From: a virus
Taxonomy: Duplodnaviria; Caudoviricetes
Length of the DNA stretch: 37,074 nucleotides
IMG/VR virus record: IMGVR_UViG_3300016484_000315
Location: 1-37,074 of that record
Direction: 5' to 3' (one strand)
In this document: positions 16,087-24,522 of the stretch, in pieces
Numbering within the stretch: position 1 is the stretch's first letter
Layout: every line of letters starts with the position of its first letter
The notes under the pieces: model-generated
The model's input: only the letters and a program-made list of their open reading frames with translations
Told to the model about the DNA's origin: nothing
Databases searched by the model: none
Program-made: the position numbers and the translations under genes

Positions 16087-16550
16087 TAGTGCAGTTCCTT
16101 GAAGAAGAGGCGCTCCATGGGGCGAAACCCGGCGCGGCGGTAAAACTTGCTGACCTTCTCGACGCGCTCGTCGTCAAGCGCGATCATGGTCAGGGCGGAA
16201 GCGTTCTTTTCCTTGGCCCAACGTTCAATTTCCTTGAACATCATCTGACCCGCTCCGCTGCCGCGCGCCTCTGGCGTGAGCCACCACCATAGTTCTTGAA
16301 CAATGGTGTAATCAGGTCGGAAGTATAGCGGATAAGCCATAGCAGAGCAAATGCCGATAACCCGCCCGTCGCGCTCCGCGAGCCACATGCCAATATTGGG
16401 GTTGTCCAGCGCGGTTATCAGAAACCGTACCGTGTCTTCAATATTGGACCCGGCTTCTTGCCCGAGCGGCGAGGCGGCGATAAATTGCTCGCCAAGCCGG
16501 GCGTACTCGCCAAGGTCCATCAGCGTGGCGGGGCGCACTCGCAGCGTCAT
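16086..16550 (-). CDS. GNAT-fold protein
   Basis: VRPAT..D, WWLTPEARGSGAG acetyl-CoA motif A, FYRRAGF. Confidence 0.85.
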   Translation of the reverse strand: MTLRVRPATLMDLGEYARLGEQFIAASPLGQEAGSNIEDTVRFLITALDNPNIGMWLAERDGRVIGICSAMAYPLYFRPDYTIVQELWWWLTPEARGSGAGQMMFKEIERWAKEKNASALTMIALDDERVEKVSKFYRRAGFRPMERLFFKELH

Positions 16551-16738
16551 GCGCCGCCCGCGAGCTGACTGATTTGCGCCTGCAAAGCGGCGAGCTGAGC
16601 CTGCAAATCGGCCAGCGTCGGCGCGGGCGGCGGCGTGGGCTCCGGCTCCAGCTCAGCTAAAAAGATGGCGGCTTCCGCCTCGGTGAACGGAACCGTTTCG
16701 ACAAGGCCGGTTTCGAGGTCGACTACCTGCTTTTCCAT
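16547..16738 (-). CDS. small tail-fibre-associated protein or chaperone
   Basis: Directly follows the fibre gene; Pro linker and a short coiled coil. Confidence 0.6.
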   Translation of the reverse strand: MEKQVVDLETGLVETVPFTEAEAAIFLAELEPEPTPPPAPTLADLQAQLAALQAQISQLAGGA

Positions 16739-16744
16739 GTCGGA

Positions 16745-17950
16745 TCACTCGTAGAAGATGTTGAACGTGCCGGTCGAGAACGAACCGCCCGCCGACGACG
16801 AAAGCCGCACCGCAACCAGAGTTCCGCCCAGATCGACATGACCGGCGGAAAAACCAGCGTAAATTGTATTCGAGCCAAAAACCGACTGCATCACCCAGAC
16901 GTTGCCGGTGATGTTAAACAGCGTCATGACGCCAGAGATAGCGTTAATAGTGGACGGCCCGGCGAGAAAGCCAGACGAAAAATTTGTAGCATTTTGGGTC
17001 GAAGACCCCTGCGCCAAGAAGCTGACCGCGCCGACGTAGCCCGAACCCAGATAGGTCGGGCCAGACGTGCCAAGTTGAAGACGAATGTTGCCGCTGCCGA
17101 CAGAAATTCCGGTCATCAAAATGGTGACGCGACGCGCCCACGACGGGATACCGGTAAAATCAATTGTCGTGCCGGAACCGGCAGCGGCGGTGCCCCGCGT
17201 GATTTTGAGCGTCGGCGTGAACGTCGAGCCGTCCGTGCTGAACGGTATCTGGCCGATAGCGCTGGGCAGGCCAGTGATCGGCGCCGAGCTGAGCCACGTT
17301 GAGCCGTCGCTGGTCAGGACGTTGCGGTTGGTTCCCGGCGCGACAAACTGCGGCGCAGACGTGCCCGCTCCGAGTATGACGTTGTTGCTCGTCAGCGTGC
17401 GCAGGCCGGTGCCGCCGTTGGCGACGGACAGCGGATCAGTGGTCAGGCTGAGCGACCCAAGCTTGGCCGCGCCGGTCGCCTCAAGCTGCACCGAGGGGGC
17501 GGTAATGCCGATGCCGACGTTGCCGGAGCCGTCGATGATGAACGGCGTTGCGTCGGGGTCAACGCTGTCCTGCACGCGCAGCGCCGCGCCCGTGCCGGTT
17601 TGGGTGATCTTGAGCGCCGGGCCGGGCGTGTCGCTGTCGATGGTGACGTTGCCGGACAGGATGGGCGAGACGCCGGAGGTCGGGGCCGAGATGTAATCGA
17701 CCGTCCAGACCTCGACGTCATTGGCGTCGGTCAGGCGGAACTTGTAGCTGGCCGAGCCCAGCCAAATGGACGCTTCTCCGCGCGAGTCGAGAATGACCGG
17801 GTTGGTGTTCGGCGTGCCGCCGGAAGCGTCCGTGTACGTCGCCTGCGGCGTCGTCGTGCCCGCCGCGTAGGTGTAGAGTTTGCCGCCCGACAGCGGGACG
17901 CCCGCCGCGCTCTCAAACTGCATTTTAGGTGAGGGTGTCAGAACGGCCAT
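16745..17950 (-). CDS. tail fibre / spike protein
   Basis: N-terminal virion-attachment domain (GVPLSGGKLYTYAAGTTTP...NPVILDSRGEA), GNVGIG and LSVANGGTG fibre motifs, beta-rich C-terminal domain. Confidence 0.8.
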   Translation of the reverse strand: MAVLTPSPKMQFESAAGVPLSGGKLYTYAAGTTTPQATYTDASGGTPNTNPVILDSRGEASIWLGSASYKFRLTDANDVEVWTVDYISAPTSGVSPILSGNVTIDSDTPGPALKITQTGTGAALRVQDSVDPDATPFIIDGSGNVGIGITAPSVQLEATGAAKLGSLSLTTDPLSVANGGTGLRTLTSNNVILGAGTSAPQFVAPGTNRNVLTSDGSTWLSSAPITGLPSAIGQIPFSTDGSTFTPTLKITRGTAAAGSGTTIDFTGIPSWARRVTILMTGISVGSGNIRLQLGTSGPTYLGSGYVGAVSFLAQGSSTQNATNFSSGFLAGPSTINAISGVMTLFNITGNVWVMQSVFGSNTIYAGFSAGHVDLGGTLVAVRLSSSAGGSFSTGTFNIFYE

Positions 17951-18528
17951 TATTCACCTATGTTCGCTGCGACGGTCAAGATAGCAGAAGGGACCGCCGG
18001 GGAAAAGGCGGTGGCGGCGGACGCCTCAATGGACACGCTGGTGTCGCTGGTTGCCCACATCAGCCGGAAATAATCGCCCGTGTTCATACGCAGGACGAAA
18101 TTCCACGCCGCGACATACGCCCCAGACGAGCCCTGCATGGTGATCTTGGTCGCGGACTGCGGAACAGCCGTCCCGTTAATGTCGGCCCAAATGTAGATCG
18201 TCTTGGACGAGGAATTGGTGCTGACGAGCTGAAGCGAGAACTGGAAATTGTACGAGCCGGGGCGGTCCACGTAAACCCGCGACGTCGGCGTTCCGGTATA
18301 GACGCCTTGGCTCAGATCGGTCTTGCCGAAATCCACCGCATAGCCGGTATTGATCGCCGCCGCCGTCTGTGACGTCTCGTCATGAAACGCGCCGTTGCGC
18401 AGCGACCCGCTGCCAAGAATGGCGAACAGATTGTAAAAGAACCTGTACCACGAGCGCGTTGCGTAGGGCGTCGGCTCGTCCGCGATCTGGACGCGGGCGG
18501 CGGGGATTTGCGTGACGTTCTCAGGCAT
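17950..18528 (-). CDS. virion tail protein (needle/knob position, C1q-like beta C-terminus suspected)
   Basis: Follows the gp10-like gene; short N-terminal helix (RSWYRFFYNL) plus a beta-rich domain. Confidence 0.6.
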   Translation of the reverse strand: MPENVTQIPAARVQIADEPTPYATRSWYRFFYNLFAILGSGSLRNGAFHDETSQTAAAINTGYAVDFGKTDLSQGVYTGTPTSRVYVDRPGSYNFQFSLQLVSTNSSSKTIYIWADINGTAVPQSATKITMQGSSGAYVAAWNFVLRMNTGDYFRLMWATSDTSVSIEASAATAFSPAVPSAILTVAANIGE

Positions 18529-19954
18529 CGGTCGGGCTCGCGATCAGCTCCGCGCCCATGATCGCAATCTTGACCGGATCAGTGCCGGACACCTCGTACA
18601 CGCGGTCGCGCAGCTTGGTCGTCATGCCGAGCCGTCGCCAGATGACGCGGCGTCCGTACTCGCCCACGCGGCCCATCGACCGCCAATGCTCGTTCGACCA
18701 TGTATGGCCGCCGTCGTCGCTCCAGCGCAGCATAACCTGCGGGTCAGAGCCCTGTCCAAGCTCAAGACCGACGCCGCTCTCGCAATCGAGCTGCAAGCTG
18801 TGCTGCGCGGTGCGCTTGAGCGTGTTCTGCGAGGTCGGCAACGCCCGCCACGAGCGCAGCCATTTCTGAACCGTGCCAGCCTCGGTGTAGACGGTCGGGT
18901 CGTAAGCGTAGATCGCGCCTGCGAGATAATCGCCAATGACGATTTCGTCGTTGAACGCCATCTGGCAATCGCCGCGATGCCGCGTAAAGCTGTTGTTCAG
19001 CCATCCGGCGCGCTGGTGCCACGCCTCCGTCGCGACGTCATACACCCAAGTGATGTTGGCGGACGGGAAATTCAAAACGTAAAACGAATGGCCGTCTTGC
19101 TGGTAAGTGTAGGCCGTGGCGTCCGAAATGTCGTTGTACTGCTGAATCTGCCATTCGACGGCGTGCGTGGAAATACGTTTGCCGTTGTAGCCGTTGGAGC
19201 GGTAAACGATGCCGCGCCCGCGCGCGTCCGCGCCAAGCCAGAACACGCCATTGTCGAGCTTGGCGACCGAGTAAGCCGCCGCGCAGCCGATTTCGTTAAA
19301 CGCGCCCTGAATGCGGGTCAGCGGGAAGTCCGGCAGACCGGCGTTGTACCAAACCTCAACCGACGTCGTGCCAAACAGCCAGACCTCGCGGTGGTCGACG
19401 ATCAGCGCCACCAGATCGTCCGGCGACCCTTCCGCGCTGGCGAAGTCGAGCGGATCGACGGACGTGCCGTCCAGCAGCGCCGTGACCCAAAATTTCTGGC
19501 TGTTCGGCTCCGTAAAGACGAAATAGCCGTCGATGAAGCCGACCGTTGACGCGCCGGGAAAGTCCGGGTCCGTGATCTGGGCGAACACGTTTGTGTTGGC
19601 GTTGTAGATGAAGCCGTCAGCGCCCGCCGCGATGAAGAGCTGCGTGCCGTTGTCGACCATTGACACAGGCCCCGTTCCGGTCACCGTGCCCTTCTCTGTC
19701 GCGGTCCAAGTCGTGTCGATCTGATAGAGCTTGTTACCGGAGACGGCGTAGCCGTATCCGCCGAAAGTCCAAAGCCCCCGGATCGGGCCGTTGCCAAAAG
19801 ACGCCAGCAGACGCAACCCCGGCGCGCGTTGCAGGAAGGCGGGCTCTTTACCCCCGTCGCTGCTCAAAATCTCAGGAAAGAGATTGATTAGGCGATTGTC
19901 AGCGGCGTTGACGCTGCGCGCCACATTGAAAGAACCTAAGATAGGGCTTTTCAT
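18521..19954 (-). CDS. packaged DNA stabilisation / tail hub protein (P22 gp10-like)
   Basis: 477 aa beta-propeller-like protein; FASAEGSPD, LRWSDDGGHTW...RRLG; GAGG RBS. Confidence 0.88.
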   Translation of the reverse strand: MKSPILGSFNVARSVNAADNRLINLFPEILSSDGGKEPAFLQRAPGLRLLASFGNGPIRGLWTFGGYGYAVSGNKLYQIDTTWTATEKGTVTGTGPVSMVDNGTQLFIAAGADGFIYNANTNVFAQITDPDFPGASTVGFIDGYFVFTEPNSQKFWVTALLDGTSVDPLDFASAEGSPDDLVALIVDHREVWLFGTTSVEVWYNAGLPDFPLTRIQGAFNEIGCAAAYSVAKLDNGVFWLGADARGRGIVYRSNGYNGKRISTHAVEWQIQQYNDISDATAYTYQQDGHSFYVLNFPSANITWVYDVATEAWHQRAGWLNNSFTRHRGDCQMAFNDEIVIGDYLAGAIYAYDPTVYTEAGTVQKWLRSWRALPTSQNTLKRTAQHSLQLDCESGVGLELGQGSDPQVMLRWSDDGGHTWSNEHWRSMGRVGEYGRRVIWRRLGMTTKLRDRVYEVSGTDPVKIAIMGAELIASPTDA

Positions 19955-19983
19955 GCCTCACCTCTTATGGTAAACACTGAGTC

Positions 19984-20481
19984 ATGAAATCGTGTCCACC
20001 ATGCACTATTGAACACCTTCGGAAAGTTTTGGGCTACAACCCGCTTACCGGCGTTTTTGTTTGGGTTTCGCACAGTCGTAGGCCAGACCTTATAGGCCGC
20101 GTTGCTGGCTCCAAGCAAGCTATGGGGTATTGGTCTATAGCCATACACAATCGGAAGCATCTCGCGCATCGGTTGGCGTGGTTTTACGTTACCGGAAAAT
20201 GGCCTACACAACACATTGACCATATTAACGGTGATAAAATTGATAATAGATTTGCAAATCTTCGCCAAGTTTCGCGCGCGGAAAACCTTCAGAACATTCG
20301 TCAAGCTACTAAAGCCAATAAAATAGGTCTTTTGGGCGTATCCGCGCACCAAGGAAAATGGCGGATGCAGATTATGGCGCACGGAAGAATCTTGCGAAAG
20401 TCCGGTTTTGACACGCCGGAAGAAGCGCATAAAGCGTACCTTGAGGCTAAACGCCGCCTTCACGTTACGTGCAGTATATAG
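19984..20481 (+). CDS. HNH homing endonuclease inserted antisense in the late operon
   Basis: HLAHRLAWFYVTG, IDHINGDKIDNRFANLR, FDTPEEAHKAY; low GC; opposite strand to both neighbours. Confidence 0.92.
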   Translation: MKSCPPCTIEHLRKVLGYNPLTGVFVWVSHSRRPDLIGRVAGSKQAMGYWSIAIHNRKHLAHRLAWFYVTGKWPTQHIDHINGDKIDNRFANLRQVSRAENLQNIRQATKANKIGLLGVSAHQGKWRMQIMAHGRILRKSGFDTPEEAHKAYLEAKRRLHVTCSI

Positions 20482-20483
20482 CA

Positions 20484-21215
20484 TCAAAAGTTACCCGCGT
20501 AGACCGAAAACCGCTGGCGCGTGCCGACGATGCTGTACGGAATCGACATGACGTCTTCGGGGCTGTTGATGCGCTTCAGATTGCGCTTGGCCGACATAGC
20601 GATGCGCTGCACCTGACGCGACGGCTCAACGCCAAATTCTGGGGCCAGCTCGCAGGCCAGATTGTAGCGGAACGCCCGGAGGTAACCCGGCGGGAACGCA
20701 AGCGTCGTTGCCAGATTGGCGGGCTGCGTCAGAACTTCCGCCGAAATCATGTGGAAGTGCAGAAGCCTCGTCGGCTTCGGGTACACGTAAATCTCAATGT
20801 CCGGGTAGGTCATGTTAATGAACATGACCTGCGGATAGGTAGAGGTCACAGTCTTGACGGCAATGCCGTCGTACTGCTGCTGGTTGATGATCTTAATGCC
20901 GTAAGAGATGCCGGTGCTGGGGTCGACAAAATACGTCGCATCATCGACATTAACCGGGCGCACGAGCGAGACGAGCGGATCGACGGGCGTCAGCGTGCCG
21001 CTGGGACCAAGCGTGGCGCTCAGCGCGTTGGGCTGCCATTCGACCACTTGGTCGATGGTCGAGAACACCGACAGGCGCTCAATCGACCACGATTCAATCA
21101 TCTGATTGAGCGCCGACAGCGCGTCCTGCGACGTTTCAGCGGAAGGCGTTTCACCTTCCGCCAAAACGCCGAGAAGTCGGAGGGCTCCGTTAATCTGATC
21201 GGCTGCCGTCGTCAT
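20484..21215 (-). CDS. head-to-tail adaptor (P22 gp4-like)
   Basis: INGALRLLGVLAEGETPS...ALNQMIESW, YNLACELAPEFG; lies between coat and gp10-like genes. Confidence 0.82.
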   Translation of the reverse strand: MTTAADQINGALRLLGVLAEGETPSAETSQDALSALNQMIESWSIERLSVFSTIDQVVEWQPNALSATLGPSGTLTPVDPLVSLVRPVNVDDATYFVDPSTGISYGIKIINQQQYDGIAVKTVTSTYPQVMFINMTYPDIEIYVYPKPTRLLHFHMISAEVLTQPANLATTLAFPPGYLRAFRYNLACELAPEFGVEPSRQVQRIAMSAKRNLKRINSPEDVMSIPYSIVGTRQRFSVYAGNF

Positions 21216-21399
21216 GGGGCGCGGGTTCCTGCGTTGCGGGCGGGCGGCCCCGACGCCGGGACGTCAGGCCGTTGACAACCGGAGGCTTGGCCGGTTCGGC
21301 AGGATCATACCTGACCCAACCGTTTCCTTCATCATAAATCGCTTCCGCTTCCATGGTCGCGATCTTGGTTCCGTGAACCGGATGCCGAAGGTAAATCAT
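21190..21399 (-). CDS. small hypothetical late protein
   Basis: MIYLRHPVHGTK...GW; basic RRRGRP tail; fills the gap in the late operon. Confidence 0.7.
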   Translation of the reverse strand: MIYLRHPVHGTKIATMEAEAIYDEGNGWVRYDPAEPAKPPVVNGLTSRRRGRPPATQEPAPHDDGSRSD

Positions 21400-21416
21400 A
21401 AATCACCAAGGAGTAG

Positions 21417-21436
21417 GGGCGGCCCGAAGGCCGCCC
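21417..21436 (-). promoter_or_regulatory. cUUCGg tetraloop hairpin downstream of the decoration gene
   Basis: gggcggcc-ttcg-ggccgccc on the minus strand; no U-tract, so a stabiliser or weak terminator. Confidence 0.65.
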
Positions 21437-21442
21437 ACAGGG

Positions 21443-21841
21443 TCAGGAGATGCGGTAGCACGTCCAAGCGCCGTCGCCCGTCTTGCGAGCGCGGAAGTGG
21501 CCGGACGAGGCCGCCGCGACAGCCGCCGCGCCAACAATCGTCCAGCCCGTGCCCGCAACGAGCGTCGCCGCGTGGGTCGCCGCCGTCGTGTTGACGATGT
21601 AAAAGTCGAAGGCGCTGTCGACCTTGGCGTTGTTCACCAGCGCTTCAGTCAGAGCGACCGTAGGGAGCGTGATGTTGACCGCGCCGGAGAGCGAGGTCGT
21701 GACAATGCCGTTGACAAGCTCAGCAGCGGTCAGCGTGGCCGCCGCCGTCTTGGCGACCGGAGCGCCCTGCGTCCCGAGAACGACTTCGTTGACGTTACCG
21801 TCGCCAAACTGACGACCGCCACCAACAGAGGGGATAGGCAT
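21443..21841 (-). CDS. putative capsid decoration / cement protein
   Basis: 132 aa Ala/Thr-rich beta protein right after the coat gene; AAAGGA RBS. Confidence 0.65.
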   Translation of the reverse strand: MPIPSVGGGRQFGDGNVNEVVLGTQGAPVAKTAAATLTAAELVNGIVTTSLSGAVNITLPTVALTEALVNNAKVDSAFDFYIVNTTAATHAATLVAGTGWTIVGAAAVAAASSGHFRARKTGDGAWTCYRIS

Positions 21842-21864
21842 GGTTCGTATCCTTTAAAAGAGGG

Positions 21865-21890
21865 AAAAGCCCCCGGCGTTAGCCGAGGGC
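21865..21890 (-). terminator. intrinsic terminator after the coat gene (probably leaky)
   Basis: gccctcggc-taac-gccgggggc followed by tttt on the minus strand. Confidence 0.7.
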
Positions 21891-21900
21891 GAAGACGCGG

Positions 21901-23115
21901 TTAGCCCCACATGCGGACGGCCATCTGCGGACGGATCACTCCGTAGCCGTAGAGGACGTCGATGCGGCAAGGCATACGGTCGTTGTTAATGTCGTACTGA
22001 CGCACAACGCGCAGCGAGATGCCGTTGTGAACCTGACGCGAAGCCATGTCGACGCCCTGCGGAAGCAGGAGGTCCGCCGTCGCGAAGGTGATCGCGTCCT
22101 TGTGGTAGATGAGGTTCTGAGCGAACGAGCCAGAGGCCGCGCCGAGGAACGTCACCGCCGCATTGTCAGCCGGGAACGAGTTAACCGTCGCCAGCGGGTG
22201 CGAAGAGGTGTAGATCGCCGGGCTGATCTTGATATCAGTCCAAGCGCCGCTGGAGGCCGTGTTGGCTTCGGTAACGACGAACTGCTGGAGCGCGCCGGTC
22301 GACTCGCGGGTCTGCGGGTTGACAGCGAACACGCCAGCGATGGTGAACACGTCGCCCACGTTGACGGTGGCCGCGCCGGTGCCGCCGTCGAGGCTAATGG
22401 TCGACTGACCCTGAGTCGAGACAGCGCCGTTGACGAGGATCGTGTCGGAGGTCGAGCGGGTGCCGGTCGTGTGGGTCTTGATCGACTGCGACATGCTGAT
22501 TTCTTCATAGCCCAGCACTCCCGTTCCCATCAGGCCGTTCTTGAACTGGCGGGAAATGACGTCCGTGGGGTTGAAGAGGCCCTTCAGGCCCTCGACCAGA
22601 CCGGCGTTAGCAGCCGGGTTGACCGTCGCATAGCGCGGCGACATGACGGCGGCGTTCTCGTTGAGCTTCTGCTGAGCCTGAAGCAGGACGAGCGACGTCG
22701 CAGGCGTGGTGCCCGGCGTGCCGACCGAGTTGTAGATCGACTTGAACGAGTTGGCGACGTCGGCGTCGATGCTGGCGGCGAGCTGCGAGATACGCGGCTT
22801 GAGAACGCGCTCAGCGAAATCGTCGAGCTGCATGGTAAGCTCGGCGGAGGTGAAGTTGACGCCGATGTGCTTCTGCGAGGCGACGGTGAGCGTGGTGTAC
22901 TGCTCGTTGTCGTCCTGCACCTGAAGCGCCGCGCCGTCGGTGACCAGAGCGCGGTCGGGCAGACGGATGCGCAGGGTCGAGCCGATCTTCGCGCCTTCGA
23001 CGGCGAACGAATCGTCGTACTGGCGGTTGACGGTGCGGGTCAGAACGAGGTTGTTCTCGAGGATCTCGAGGGCTTTCCTCGTGATCATGTCAATCGTAAG
23101 AAGCGAATTTGCCAC
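21901..23115 (-). CDS. major capsid protein (P22 coat family)
   Basis: 404 aa; ANSLLTIDMITRKAL...GAKIGSTLRIRLP and C-terminal RIDVLYG; GTG start with AAAGGA RBS; follows the scaffold gene. Confidence 0.92.
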   Translation of the reverse strand: MANSLLTIDMITRKALEILENNLVLTRTVNRQYDDSFAVEGAKIGSTLRIRLPDRALVTDGAALQVQDDNEQYTTLTVASQKHIGVNFTSAELTMQLDDFAERVLKPRISQLAASIDADVANSFKSIYNSVGTPGTTPATSLVLLQAQQKLNENAAVMSPRYATVNPAANAGLVEGLKGLFNPTDVISRQFKNGLMGTGVLGYEEISMSQSIKTHTTGTRSTSDTILVNGAVSTQGQSTISLDGGTGAATVNVGDVFTIAGVFAVNPQTRESTGALQQFVVTEANTASSGAWTDIKISPAIYTSSHPLATVNSFPADNAAVTFLGAASGSFAQNLIYHKDAITFATADLLLPQGVDMASRQVHNGISLRVVRQYDINNDRMPCRIDVLYGYGVIRPQMAVRMWG

Positions 23116-23135
23116 TTAGGTATTCCTTTGTGCCG

Positions 23136-23918
23136 TTAGCGACGTTGCGCTTCCAGCCGCTTGATCTGTCGCAGCCTCTCGGCTTCGATCCATTCCGACG
23201 TGCTCATCGTCTTGATGGAGCGGGGATCGGTGGTGTCGTAGGCCGGAGCCCCGGCGGAACGGGACGCCGCGATAGGCGCAATCGGCGGGGGAGCCGTGGA
23301 TGTTTTCTTGACCGGCGGATTGGTGGCGAGCTTCGCCTCAATCTTACCGATCTCTCGCGCCTGCAAGATGGGCGTCAGGGCGGCGATGCGAGCGGCTTCC
23401 TTCGGGTTGGACCCCAGCCAATAGATGACGTCTGGTCCGATCTCGGATGCCTGTATCGTCTGGGCCATCACCTCGGTGACAGGAAGGGCGGGGTTGTAAG
23501 CCACCTGCTCGAAGTCGTCGTAACGGCTGCGAGCGTCTTCTTCCTTTTCGTGGTACTGGTCCAGAAGCGCGGCTTGCTGTTTGGCGGCTTCTCGCTGGGC
23601 CAACAATTCCTTGGCTTTTGCTTCCGCCAACGCCTCGGCGTAAGCGGTCGCGCTCTCGAAATCGTTGGCGTCCGGCGGGGCGACAGGGGCTTTCGCCGCC
23701 TGAATGTCCGCTAAACGCTGGGCCTGCTCACGCTCCCATTTACGCTGCTCTCTGGCGAGGCGCTTACCGACAATCGCGTCAAGCTCTTCCTGCGTGAAAG
23801 TCTTGGGCGCTTCTGTCGTAGAACCTTCCGGCGCGGATACATCGGGCTCAGGCGCAGCCGTTACGGCCTGATCCGGCGCGGGCGTGCCCGCTTCATTGAC
23901 AAGAGCTTCATCGCTCAT
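23136..23918 (-). CDS. capsid scaffolding protein
   Basis: Acidic N-terminus, coiled coil (FTQEELDAIVGKRLAREQRK), Pro-rich linker; directly upstream of the coat gene. Confidence 0.85.
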   Translation of the reverse strand: MSDEALVNEAGTPAPDQAVTAAPEPDVSAPEGSTTEAPKTFTQEELDAIVGKRLAREQRKWEREQAQRLADIQAAKAPVAPPDANDFESATAYAEALAEAKAKELLAQREAAKQQAALLDQYHEKEEDARSRYDDFEQVAYNPALPVTEVMAQTIQASEIGPDVIYWLGSNPKEAARIAALTPILQAREIGKIEAKLATNPPVKKTSTAPPPIAPIAASRSAGAPAYDTTDPRSIKTMSTSEWIEAERLRQIKRLEAQRR

Positions 23919-23966
23919 ATACGCTTTTCCTTTCGGACCTGATGAACCGCATCAGTACGGACATAG

Positions 23967-23996
23967 ACAATACAACACAATCTTAAGCGTAGTCAA
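23967..23996 (-). promoter_or_regulatory. candidate promoter for scaffold and coat genes
   Basis: TTGACT (23996-23991), 18 nt, TATTGT (23972-23967) in an AT-rich gap. Confidence 0.55.
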
Positions 23997-24007
23997 ATGA
24001 CTTGACT

Positions 24008-24328
24008 TTACGCAAACCTCGTCACGCCTTCAGGGTAGTCGGTGGGCTCTTCCGCGTCCGACCGCCAGACGATCTCAACGCCGGGCTGGTCAGCAGGCAG
24101 CGGAGCGTCACCATTCCAGCGCAGAGCCGCCCAATATTCGTCCGTGACGATGTTGCCGTCCACATCGACGTAGGAGCGGAAGCCCTGATCGGCGAGCGCC
24201 CAGCCGCCAGCATCGGGGAAGACGCCCTGCGTGGTGAGCGTCTCCGTCTCGGGATCGTAGATCTTGAGCGCCGTGTAGGCGGCGTACATGGTGTCCTTGT
24301 CGGACGACCGCAAAACAAAGTCAGTCAT
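24008..24328 (-). CDS. hypothetical protein, probably a partner of the head fibre
   Basis: 106 aa acidic protein, ATGA-coupled, last of the cluster between portal and scaffold. Confidence 0.7.
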   Translation of the reverse strand: MTDFVLRSSDKDTMYAAYTALKIYDPETETLTTQGVFPDAGGWALADQGFRSYVDVDGNIVTDEYWAALRWNGDAPLPADQPGVEIVWRSDAEEPTDYPEGVTRFA

Positions 24329-24522
24329 CGAGGTTCGTCCTCTGGAAGATCAATCTTACGGATCGGCTCAAAGTCCAATTCGTAGGGAAACTCATCGCCG
24401 CAGCGCCACCAGCCGCGCCCGTACTCGTCTTCGTAATACTGACAGACGAGATAGTTCCCGTGGTAGACGTCCAGGACGATCCAGTATTCCCCGTGTTTGG
24501 GTTGCTTCTCGTTCCCGCTCAT
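24325..24522 (-). CDS. small hypothetical protein
   Basis: ATG at 24522 overlaps the fibre stop; aromatic-rich 65 aa (PKHGEYWIV...GWWRCG). Confidence 0.6.
   Translation of the reverse strand: MSGNEKQPKHGEYWIVLDVYHGNYLVCQYYEDEYGRGWWRCGDEFPYELDFEPIRKIDLPEDEPR

Noticed and set aside
19951-20487. Minus-strand 178-aa ORF bridging the gp4-like and gp10-like genes with overlaps at both ends
   Set aside because: It is the antisense of a clear HNH gene and has no recognisable features, and the gp10-like gene has its own RBS. A coupling role cannot be fully excluded.
23939-23960. CUGAUGA on the + strand resembling a hammerhead ribozyme core
   Set aside because: No correctly placed stem II, GAAA and NUH, and it is on the non-transcribed strand.
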